DNA of 64,000 nucleotides, taken from assembly GCF_001194135.2 (NCBI RefSeq), contig NC_068988.1, positions 85,147,437 to 85,211,436 of the forward strand, given 5' to 3'. Of this stretch, positions 1 to 11,600 are shown one piece after another. Source of the stretch: Octopus bimaculoides (Eukaryota). A program made the position numbers and the translations under genes. Positions within the stretch are counted from its first letter, which is position 1. Every line of letters begins with the position of its first letter. The notes below the pieces were generated by a model. That model saw only the letters and a program-made list of their open reading frames with translations. It was not told the DNA's origin and did not search any database.

Positions 1-245
1 TCCTTGGTTTCAATGGCTGCTGTGCGTAACTGTGGTTTTCACCTCGTTGATCACCTTCCCTTTTCTCCTGAATTGGCCCCGTCTGACTATCATCTGTTCC
101 CCCACATGAAAAAAAAACACTCGACTGTGATCCAATATCGCAATGATTATATCATATCTACTGTTGATAACTTGTTTTGACCAACAGAATGTAAGCTTCT
201 TTGCCAATGGGATCGCAGCACTGCAACATTGATGGAAGATAAACC
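1..245 (+). mobile_element. Decayed mariner transposase C-terminal fragment
   Basis: Translates SLVSMAAVRNCGFHLVDHLPFSPELAPSDYHLFPHMKK (YSPDLAPSD motif), then frameshifts. Confidence 0.85.
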
Positions 246-1299
246 TCATTGGTCATTTGGTCACATTCCATGTCTTGGTCAGCCTGTGGACTTTTCAGCC
301 AATCCTTGTGTGTGTGTGTGTACATATACATATACACATACATGCATGCATGCATACATACATATGCATACATGCATGCAAACATACATACAAATATATA
401 TGTATATATATACACACAATAGGTTTCTTTCACTTTGTGTCTATCAGATTCATTCAAAGGTCTTTAGTAAGCCCAGGTCTATTGTAGAAGACACTTGCCC
501 AAGGTGCCATGTACTGGGACTGAGCCCAAGACCATATGGTTTGGAAGCAAGCTTCTCAACTACACACCTACGCATAAGATACATGTATATTACACGTGTA
601 CATGCACAGAAGACTCCACCTACCCATTCATATGCATATATGCATCTCTGAATTTACAGCAACAGCTTTTGCTTAATAACGTCTGGTCAATTAAATGTTG
701 ATATAAGTCAATTTAACTATTATACTTTAAGATACACAGTAAACTGGCAAACAAGATTTAACTTGCAGAAAATCATTGGATTATTGACAGTTTTACCAAA
801 AACATTTCTGAGCAACTCTTAGTGTAGCCTAATAATAGATGTAACAGCTTGGATATCTTGCTTTAAACTGGCCAATCAGGAACTTATGTTCGATGCATGA
901 CAGACAAGTTGATGAAAAGGAACTAGACCCATTATGTTGAGGAATATTGCAGGTTTTTTACCAGACATTGATTTGCAATACGAATTACAAATCATCTGTT
1001 TGTCAGCCTCAGCTAATTGAAATAAGTGATATGTAGTATGATGACCCCCCTCCTCACCCTGCTGTTTTAACGGCCAGTAGAAGTTTTGTTGGTCAGCCAA
1101 TGCAGTGGACATAACCTGTACATGTGTACTACTTTATTGCATATATATGTGTGTATGTGTGTGTGTGTGTGTATACATACATTTAAACCTGTGTTGTCGT
1201 CGCGGTTGTCATTGCTGCTGTTGCTGTCGCCACTGTTGTTGTCACAACACCCGATGCTGTCATTGTTGTCATCATCTTTGTCATTGTTGTTGTCATTTA

Positions 1300-1560
1300 A
1301 CATCTACCTATCAACTGTTCTATCCTTGTATTGGTCAGGCCAGACAATTTATTGAGGTGGAAATTTCCTGTCATCAACCCTCACCTGTTTCAAGCAAAGT
1401 AATATTTTCCCATGGCCAAACATGCCTTCACGAAAGGATGAAAATGAAGGAAACATTTGTTTGCCAGCCAGAGAGATTGGATGCATTTTTCAAAGCTCAA
1501 ACAATAAAGAGGTTGAATTGTTCCTTGCAAGATCTTTGATCTTTTGCTATTTTGAATCAG
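1300..1560 (-). mobile_element. Related (CAT)n-tailed repeat variant (...ggatgcccttcctgtcgccaaccctcacctgtttccaag...)
   Basis: Other copies at ~14760-14890, 24915-25150, 27690-27870, 41290-41880 (interrupted), 46450-46560, 53420-53660 and 63410-63640. Confidence 0.7.
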
Positions 1561-2172
1561 AGTTTGTCTTGCCCATGACAAACTGAAGGAATAGTGATGA
1601 GAAAGAACCAGAATGAGGTGATAATGATGATGATGATCATCATTTAATGTCCATTCTCGATGCTGGCATAGGTTAGACGATTTGACTGGAGCTGATAAGC
1701 TGGAGTGCTGTACCAAGTTCCAGTCTGATTTGGCATGGTTTCTATGGCTGGGTGCCCTTCCTAACACCAACCACTCCATGAGTGTAACAGGTGCAATGAC
1801 CATGACTATGATTCATGGGTGCCATCTCCATGGCACCGACAACGGCTATGACTACAATGCCTGGGTGCCATTTACATGGCACTGGCAGCAACCACGACTA
1901 TGATTCATGGGTGCCCTTTACATGGCACCGTCAACAGCCATGACTACAAAGAATAAAAGAAAGAGAAAGGGAATGACTGACAGGAGTGAGAGGAGGATAC
2001 AAAAGAGAAAGTAAAATGAGTTTCAGAGGGAGAGCGAGAGGAGAGCGGCAGAGTAATAGAAGAATACTAGAAGAGAATGAGGGAGAGAGTTATAGGAGAG
2101 AGTGAGAACAAAGGAGGGAATAATGGAAAAATGAGTGATTGTAGCAGTTAAGTTTCTGGTCATCTCTAGAGA

Positions 2173-2505
2173 GTATATTTGCAATATATATATATATAGA
2201 TAGATATAGGGCAGGGAATTGCCAATTAGTAATAAAATTAATAATTAACAATTTTGCCAAGTAGTTCAGTATGAAAAAAACCTTTATCGGTAAAAAAAAT
2301 TTATAATCATAAATATACAGGGATTAGCATGAGTTGCTTCACCAACATACTGAAAATTTAGAAATAGCAGTCAAAGAACTACTGATTCCAAACTACAAAT
2401 TTTTTCTTTAAAATTTGTAGTTTGGAATCAGGAGTTCTTTGACTGCTATTTCTAAATTTTCAGTATGTTGGTAAAGCAACTCATGCTAATCCCTGTATAT
2501 TTATG

Positions 2506-2544
<39 letters not shown>

Positions 2545-2560
2545 TTGCAATATATATATA
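2173..2560. mobile_element. Foldback insertion with ~102-bp inverted arms (2302-2403 / 2410-2511) and 22-bp flanking direct repeats
   Basis: Arms differ at 2 positions, 6-nt loop; gtatatttgcaatatatatata at 2173-2194 and 2539-2560. Confidence 0.75.
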
Positions 2561-3052
2561 TGAATTAATGTTGACTTACCTTGCATTCAATATTTCGGGG
2601 TTATGACCCCATCTCCAGGAAATTAACGAATGTTGCAGATGTGCAGCATGTGTGTGAGTGTGTGTCACATTAATTCATATATAGCTCTACATTAATTCAT
2701 GTTTGTTTTCTTATGATTTGCCTTGCATTTATTTCAAATTGTTCTGGCCTTACCCACGATCCTTTATACAATGTATTCTATACAATACTTCACAGTAACT
2801 ATTCCATTATATATATCTATATATATATAAAGGATAATGAGGAAAGGAAAAATAAAAGTGTTGACATTACTTTATTCCAAGTTGGTACATATATCCAATA
2901 AAAACTCTACAAGTTGTTTCAAAACAAAACAAAAATATAATCTTTTTGAAATCACAAATTAGGCTTTCCCTCAAGAATTCATTATTGGAATAAATGGGTT
3001 CTACCAACAAAAATATAAAGACCTTTACAATAGCCCAGAAAGGAGCAAACAC

Positions 3053-3254
3053 TTAAATTATGATAGAAAGAAGTTAACCGAACGCCAGACTAATCAAAAA
3101 CAGAAAAATATATAATACACTTCAGCGTTAATTCAAATGACAATTCACAATTTATAAATACGTATTAACAACATTTGCAATCACCGTCAAAAGACGTTGA
3201 TTGCAAATGTCTGTTTTTGATCAGTCTGGCATTCGGTTAACTTCTATCATAATT

Positions 3255-3256
<2 letters not shown>
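3053..3256. repeat. Inverted-repeat element (~50-bp arms) with inner hairpin
   Basis: ttaaattatgatagaa...gttaaccgaacgccagactaatcaaaaacaga versus its reverse complement at ~3209-3256; hairpin acatttgcaatca...tgattgcaaatgt at ~3171-3210. Confidence 0.65.
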
Positions 3257-3285
<29 letters not shown>

Positions 3286-3781
3286 CAAGTGCAGAGTGCA
3301 CTGAATAACCAGCTGGAAGAGGTGATCTCCTGTGGGTTAAAATAGCAGTATCATCTGTTCTTAGAGAACACTCATGTTTAGGTGGTGATAAACATTACTT
3401 CTCAGTATAAATACTGCTTTCATCACTTATAGAGATTATCTTAATGAGCTAGTTTGCTTGTCATGAGATATTGTTTTCTTTTTGTTTTATGCAGCCTGAA
3501 CACCATATATGTACACGCGCATGTGTGTGTGCATGTTTATGAGTGGGGTGGATGTTTGAGTGAATCAGTTTGTAGTTTCCTTGTCTTCAAATGTGTATGC
3601 TTCTGGTTCTAAACAATAACTTTGTCGATGTGCTGTTTGCTTATAGCCCACTTTGGGTGCATGTTCAGGCTGTATATTGTTTGACAGATTGGGATATTAT
3701 TACATTGCTTGGAAACAAGTACAGGTTGGCAAAAGGAAGGACATCTGACCATAGAAAAATCTGCCCTAAAAGCTTATACAT

Positions 3782-3996
3782 TTAACCCTTTAGTGTTCAC
3801 ATTATTCTGCCATAATTAATGCTTTTTTTATCCACATTGTTTTGAACTAATCAAGCATTATCTTGTAGCTATGAGATTTTGATGAGGTAGCTGTTAATTT
3901 TTTAAATGTTATTGTAGGGTTGGTGTGAAAGACTAGATCTGGCCAGTTTGAACATAGAATAGGCAGAATACTTTTGGCCGGATATGGCCGGTTTAA
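3782..3996. mobile_element. piggyBac-like MITE, one end missing
   Basis: TTAA-CCCTTTAG start; same body as the copies at 18829 and 24651. Confidence 0.7.
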
Positions 3997-4146
3997 ACAA
4001 TGATGAAGTATGAATATGTGCGTGTGTGAGTGTGTATGAAAAAATAACATGTAAAACAAGTTGTTTAGTCACATATCGTTTATTAAAAACTAATTCAAAA
4101 TTTATAGAATGAAGACTGGGGAATGCACATATGTGGACACATAGGT

Positions 4147-4403
4147 ATCATCATCATCATCATCGTTTAACGTCCGCTTTCCATGCTAGCATGGGTTGGA
4201 CGATTTGACTGAGGACTGGTGAACCAGATGGCTACACCAGGCTCCAATCTGATTTGACAGAGTTTCTACAGCTGGATGCCCTTCCTAACACTAACCACTC
4301 CGAGAGTGTAGTGGGTGCTTTTACATGCCACCGGCACGAAGGCCAGCAGGCGCTACTGGCAAATAGTGTATTTTACGTGCCACCTGCACAGGAGCCAGTC
4401 CAG
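4147..4403 (-). mobile_element. RTE-tail repeat family ((CAT)n-cgtttaacgtcc...), abundant
   Basis: Near-identical or diverged copies at ~1625-1950, 14100-14310, 27370-27560, 28520-28800, 30380-30560, 30880-31140, 35330-35873, 37255-37586, 38640-38820, 39085-39144, 41395-41760, 47320-47470, 51260-51690, 60645-60905 and 63790-64000. The (ATG)n 3' tail is typical of RTE-type retroposons. Confidence 0.85.
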
Positions 4404-5500
4404 NNNNNNNNNNNNNNNNNNNNNNNNNNNNNNNNNNNNNNNNNNNNNNNNNNNNNNNNNNNNNNNNNNNNNNNNNNNNNNNNNNNNNNNNNNNNNNNNN
4501 NNNNNNNNNNNNNNNNNNNNNNNNNNNNNNNNNNNNNNNNNNNNNNNNNNNNNNNNNNNNNNNNNNNNNNNNNNNNNNNNNNNNNNNNNNNNNNNNNNNN
4601 NNNNNNNNNNNNNNNNNNNNNNNNNNNNNNNNNNNNNNNNNNNNNNNNNNNNNNNNNNNNNNNNNNNNNNNNNNNNNNNNNNNNNNNNNNNNNNNNNNNN
4701 NNNNNNNNNNNNNNNNNNNNNNNNNNNNNNNNNNNNNNNNNNNNNNNNNNNNNNNNNNNNNNNNNNNNNNNNNNNNNNNNNNNNNNNNNNNNNNNNNNNN
4801 NNNNNNNNNNNNNNNNNNNNNNNNNNNNNNNNNNNNNNNNNNNNNNNNNNNNNNNNNNNNNNNNNNNNNNNNNNNNNNNNNNNNNNNNNNNNNNNNNNNN
4901 NNNNNNNNNNNNNNNNNNNNNNNNNNNNNNNNNNNNNNNNNNNNNNNNNNNNNNNNNNNNNNNNNNTTACCTTGAGAGGACCTCCAATATGGACTTGTGG
5001 TGTATGAGTGTACATTTAATTATATTGTTGACAGACATAAATGCACTCTTTCTTATATTGTTGCTGAAACTGCCAGATCATGTGACTTTTCCTCTGTTTT
5101 GAGCTCATCAGTGACAGATATCCAGTTGCATCATAACAGATGAATCTCCAATCAACAATATATAGAATATCAATGTCTATTCAGGCACTGATGTCACAAC
5201 AGTCAGTGGGCTTATTAAAAAATATTTAATAGTGATAGAAGCAGTGTGAATACCAGAAGATAATCTTTATCTTCGAGTTAAAGATATATAGAATATCAGT
5301 GTTTAACACAGCATCATGTTAAGTAGGAGGTAAAGATATCTGCCTGCCTACATACATACATACATATATATATCATTATTATGTTTTAGTTTGTTAACAC
5401 AGCTAGTCCTTGTTAGTGTCTAAAATACATCACTGTACCACATGTCACTTCTCCCAGCCCAGTATTTAAGATAAAGGGTCCAGAATCAATGATAATAAAT

Positions 5501-5506
5501 TTTATT
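5501..5506 (-). terminator. Candidate polyadenylation signal AATAAA directly after the IFT74 stop codon
   Basis: Minus strand reads ATG TGA AATAAA, followed by T-rich sequence. Confidence 0.5.
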
Positions 5507-5622
5507 TCACATGCCAGTGTTTGACAGCAACTGTTGTAGTTGACTGTTGTATTTATCCACAAGGAAGAACACCTGCGTCTTGATGGGTTCATAGTCACAC
5601 TCTGCTGTCTTGCTGCCAATAT
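5507..5622 (-). CDS. IFT74: IFT74 last coding exon, (Y)IGSKTAECDYEPIKTQVFFLVDKYNSQLQQLLSNTGM*
   Basis: attctcccag|AT acceptor; TGA stop at 5507-5509; similar to FIATKSQESDYQPIKKNV. Confidence 0.94.
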
Positions 5623-8600
5623 CTGGGAGAATTTTTAAGGAAATATGAGGATAGAGGTATTAGTGGTGGTACTGATGGTAGTGGTAATGATAATAGTGGT
5701 AATGGTAGTTGTAGCAGTGATGGCAGTGATGGTGATTATGGTAATGGTGATGATGGTGGTGGTGGTGGGAAAAGATGATATTGAGACAGAAGGGCGGACA
5801 TCAAAAGGAATTCCACCGGCAAACTTTGGTCAAACTGACACTACAATAGAAGGTACTTACCTGAGGTATCATTCAGTGGAAATGAACTAATACCTACACT
5901 GATCTAGCAGCTAAGCACTGATTTGACCAATGGTCTTGAATCAGACCAATATTGAACTATGTTGGATAATTGAGCTGTTAGAGAGTTAAATTTTCACAGC
6001 TAGACACACTTCCCACATCCTGTTGTTAACCCATCAAGTGCAAATTAGGAAGCTCAAGGGCATAACACAATGGTTACAACTAAGTTTGATCTAATAACCA
6101 TCTGATCAGTAACACAGCTTTCAGAAACCATGTTTCATATAACAATTTTGTGCAGACATGAGTTGCTTTCTTCATAATATATAATACATGCTTCTCTCTC
6201 TCATCCTGGCTTCCCTTAGCCCAAACACATAAGCAACCAATTTTATAAACAGATTTAAACTTTAAAATCAATACAGCCAGTTCAGGCAACAATAATAATC
6301 AATAATATTGAGTAATAGTATAAATAGATGTATTTAAATTGATTTTTTTATTAACAGATCAACTGACTTGATAGATAAGGTATTGAATTTTTTTTAAGAA
6401 AATGATTTGTGTACAGGACCCTTTTTCAGAGCCTTTTTCACATATCAGTGGGAGAAAGGGAGGAAGTTGCACTTAGACTGGAAACTTAGCCTTAGTGCAT
6501 GCAACAAAGTGCCATCCACTACAGGTACACAAGGGCCAGATGGTGGAGGTAAATGGAGATGAATTAAGCCTACCACCTAAGTTCAAAGATTTGTGAGGAG
6601 TTCAAACATGGGAATCCCAAACACCCTTCATCTATTAAACAAAGGGTCCTGCATTTCTTTCTGGCAAAATAATTTGTTTCCACTTTTATAAACTTAATCT
6701 GACTGTAGTTAGAAGACCTGTAAGATAATTATCATTATCAACACCTATCATATTTGAATTTACATGTATTGTATTCCTGGGAAGAGTATGTGACCCACTG
6801 ATCTTCAAATAACTACAATCAAACACTGCAGGTTAAACATTTCATGTAAGGATAGGGAGAATATATTGACACACACACCCATAATGATCCCTAGTTTGTT
6901 CAGTGAACAACCAACCAGGATTCACCAGTGATCCCAACTTTATTCAATGAGTAGTTAGATCCCATCAGTAATCTCTATTTTCTTCAGTGAACAATCAGTA
7001 ATCACCAGTGATCCCTACACTGTTTAATGAGCAACAAATGACGCCTACTTGTTTTTTTTTACAGTGAACTGCAGTGACCTCTGTTTTCAATAACTCAGCT
7101 GTTCCATAATTTTACATGAACTAAGTCTCTGAACAAATATGTTATTGTTGTAGTTAAAATATGTTGTTTACTGTGTTGTCATAAAGGATACATTCTTTCA
7201 AGGTGTGGTTGTTCTGTTCAAGCTGTTGCCATTTCTTTTCAAGATTTCCAAGCTGAAAGAAAAATAGAGTTTTGGTTAAAAATATAACCTTGAGAAAGAT
7301 ATGTTGGGTTCATACCACCCATAGGCATGACCAATAGAGAAACTTCTCTTTGATAGTATCCACAGAACAATTTAGCAACCAAATCATACACAACAAAGCC
7401 CCTATTGTCTTATTGCCTGAGTAAACTTAAAGACTCAGTTTTCGTTGGTGCAAAAGTGATAATAATAATAATAATAATAATAAAAGATGGTCTTGACTGG
7501 TACATCACATGCAATGAGAAGAGCATTGTCGCTGTGAATGTTCTTTCTGTTTTTTCCCTTTATTTTCTTTGTTTACTTTTTACTTATTCCTTTTTCTCTC
7601 TGTCTTTCTTCCCCTTTTTCTCTATCACACGACTTTGTAAATGAACAATCTGGTCTTTTCATTTTAATGGCCTACCAATGCATACAGTGAGTTTCTCTGC
7701 CTTAGATGTCAGGAAGACACTCAGCAAAAAATGGAAACAGAATTGAAGGAAGATGATAATAATAATGATAACAAGAGCACTCAGAGAGCGGAAACCTCTG
7801 CCAAGGCAACACCAACGTCCTCTCAATGATTTGCCAGAAATGATTTTTAAAATGAGAATATCTGAATTAAACTCGACTGTTCTCACAAATGAGAATACTA
7901 AAAATGAACCCAACCGCTCTCAAAAATTAAGTAAAAAAAAAACTGGAAAAATAATCCAGAATCCTTGTCCAGTACTTGATTGATCCCAGTGGTAGTCATG
8001 GAATGTGAAGGTGGGTGGGCAGGCCATGTTTGTAATGCTGTGTTTGTGTCATTTGCAGTGGGAACAGGGACAGTTCTCTCTATGAAGGTCGTTTTCAGTC
8101 TATCCACCGATATAATGTCTTTACGACCATTAAGGTCTATAGTGAAAAATTTATTTGTGCATGAAAGAAAACAGAAAGGACCTGCATACATTTGAATTAA
8201 CGGAGGTTTAACAACATCGTTGTGCATAAAAACGAGAGTCCAAGAAGTAAAGCTTCCTTCAAGGAATAGCTAGAAATGCAATTGTCAAGTAGGTAAGAGA
8301 TTTTAAACAGGAACGATATATTCAAATTGGTAAAACTAAAAATTGAAGAGGATAAATTAAATTTATTATTGTTACTGGATACGTTAGTGTTATTTAATTT
8401 CTGAATGGTTTTGCTGCTGTTTGTTTATGTAGTTTGATTTCTTTATCCATCAGTTTCTACAAAGATAGAGATGCAAGTAAAATTAGTGATAGAGAAATGA
8501 AAATAAAACTTTGGAAACAGCAACACTGCCATAACTGATGTGGAAACCATGAGCATGCTTTCAAGGAAGATAATCAGAGAAAGACTTGAAAGTGAATGTA

Positions 8601-11600
8601 AGATTGTTATATTTCATGTAAAGTAAAGTAAATATAACAAATAATCCAAAATCCTTGTCCAGTACTGGATTGATTCCAAAATCTAATCAGTTCATGCCAG
8701 TTACAAGGCCAAACATCCCTGAAAGTTTCATCCAAATCCATCCAGCGGTTCTTGAGATATCTTGTCCACGGACAAACAAACAAACTAACACAACTGAAAA
8801 CAATACCTCCACTTTATAATAATATTAATGTAAGATGGCATGAATGTGGGCAATGTGTTGGAGAAATTAGGATTGATATGAAGGTAGAACATGCTCAGAA
8901 AACTGCTTTATTGGGGACTGAGGATTTTGAGACTGGTACTTGGATGTCAAGTATCATGGAAAGAGACTCTGTGAGACTCTTGACAACAGGTTGTCTTACA
9001 GAATTAGCTGGAGTTAGTGAAATCGAGAGCTCTGAGAAGTGAAATGACAATAATAATCCTTTCTACTAAAAGTATAAGGCCTGAAATTTTTGGAGAGGGG
9101 ACTAATCGATTACATCGACTCTAGTGTTTCACTGGTACTTAACTTATCAACCCTAAAAGGATGAAAAGCACAATCGACTTCAGTGAAATTTGAATTCAGA
9201 ACATTGTGATGGGCAAAATACCACTAAGCATTTCTTCCAGCATGCTAACAATTCTGCCAGGAACAAACATGGATGACAAAAGGAAGGACAGTGCTGAAAT
9301 AGAAGGACAGAGAAAAGAGAAGGTAAGTCAGCAATTATAGACCTATAACTTGCTTATCATTACTCTGAAAACTTTTAACTGGTTTCATAGCAGATGAAAT
9401 GTATAATTTTCTGGATCATAACCTACTGTCAGAAAAGCAAAAAGGGTGTAGAAAAAACCCAAGAAGAATTGCAGATCTACTACAAATAAACAGCAGAATA
9501 TTAAATGAAGTAGAAGAATCTAGCTGTTGGGGGGATAAGTTGCAGGAAGGCCTACAACATGGCTGGCTCTTGGAAAGCCTGAGGACATTCAAAATCAATG
9601 AGAAGGTAACCAACTTTTTTGAGAAAGCAATGAGAGTAGGGAAGTAGAACTGACAAGTGCAAATGAATTGCTAGGTAACGTGAAAATACACGGGGGACAT
9701 TTTCCAAGGAGATTCACTCTCTCCATTACTTTTTGACATTGTATTAATCCCTCTGACAAATATACTGAGAAAATCTAGGCCTGCCTATGAGTTTACCAAA
9801 ACTAAGATAAGAATAAATCACCTACTTTACATGCATATCCTCAAGGTATATATAGAAAATGATACAGGCTTGAATTTTCTTCTCCAAACAGTGAGATTAT
9901 TCAGTAAAGACAGAATGCAGTTTGGGGTAGATAAGTGCACAGTTCTAACTATGAAGAGTGGCCAGAAGATAAAGTCTGATGGCATGAAATTATCACAAGA
10001 CAACATTGTTCAGTTGCTATGGAATAATGAGGGTACAAATACCTTGGATTACAGCAAGACAATAAAATAATGGAAAGAAACGAGAGAGAAAATCACTAAA
10101 GTGTATGAAAGGAGAATTAGGAAGTTGCTCAAGACTAAATTAAATGGAGGGAACAGATTAAAATGGGTGATGTCAGTATTGAGATCCTCAGACCCCTTTC
10201 TGAAATGGACAAAATTTGAGCTGCAGAACTTTAACAGAAGAACCAAAAAGTTGCTAACAATGAACAATGCTTGCCATCCTAAAAGTAATACTGGCCAACT
10301 CTATCTGACGAGCAGGGAAGATGATAAAGGATTACTAAGCACAGAAGACACTGTTAATACTGCAATACTAGGCCTGAAAAATTATGTTGTGAAGAGTAAA
10401 GAAAGAATATTTTTGGCAGTCAGAGATAGTGAAGAAGTGATTGAAACAGTAGGAGAATTCAAAGAGAAAAGGAAGAACAACAGAATGAATAAATAGAAAG
10501 AAATGGAACTCAACTGGTACTTATTTTATTAACCCAAAAAGGACGAAAGGCACAATGGGCCTTGACAAAATTTGAACTTAGTACACAGTGGAAGAAATAG
10601 TACTAATCAATTTGTCTGGCATGCTAACAATTTTGCCACTTCACTATCCTAATAATAATAAAGGGAAGAAGCACTACTGATGCTATCTTCCTGGTGAGGC
10701 ACCTGCAGGAGAAGTATTTAGCCAAAAATAAACCTCTGTATTTGGCTTTTGTTGACATGGAGAAAGCCATTGACGGGGTCTCCCACTCCCTTATCTGGTG
10801 GGCAATGCAGAAGCTAGGGATAATAGATGAGTGGTTGGTGAGAGTTGAATAAACCATGTACAGCAGTGCTGTCATTAAGGTGAAAGTTAGCAATGAGTAC
10901 AGTAAAGAATTTAGTGTACAGGTAGGAGTTCACCAAGGATTGGTTCTCAGCTCCATCTTATCACAGTCCTCCAGGGCACAACAGGAATTTAAGACTGGTT
11001 GCCCTTAGGAGCTCCGTTATGCTGATGACCTCGTTCTTATTGTTGAATCACTACCAGAACTAGAGAAGAAATTTCAGATGTGGAAGCTAAATCTAGAATC
11101 AAAGGGCCTTAGAGTTAATTTAGCTAAGACCAATGTCCTAGTAAGTAGGAAAATTACAGATCCCTTTAGGGAGATGGCTCTGCTTGATATGTAGAAAAGG
11201 TGTAGGTAGAAACTCCATACAGTGCAAGTTATGGACACATAAGAGGTGCAGCAGTATCACAGGAAGGTAATCAGAGAAAGTAGTCTTTGTATGTGGTAGA
11301 TGTGCAGGTACATTAAACACAAGTACAGAAAATAGACTCTCCTAAATGTTCAGGTGGAACCTTACAAGTAGTAGATCGTTTCCACAACTTAGGCAATCAA
11401 ATTAGCAGTGGAGGAAGTAGTTCTGAAAGTGTAGCTGCTAGGATTAGAATGGGTTGGGAAAAATACAGAGCTATGACCTTTGTTAGTAACAAAGCACCTC
11501 TCTCTCAGAGTGAAAAGCAGATTGTATGATGCCTGTGTATGAACAGTTATGCTACGTGGCAGTGGGATATGGGCTGTGACTACTGAGGACATGCAAAGAA

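Noticed and set aside
5081-5120. Hammerhead-like string on the minus strand, CTGATGA-GCTC-aaaaca-GAG-GAAA-AGTC, ~400 nt past the IFT74 stop
   Set aside because: The helix II closing C is missing, and neither helix I nor helix III can pair in any topology I tried; likely chance
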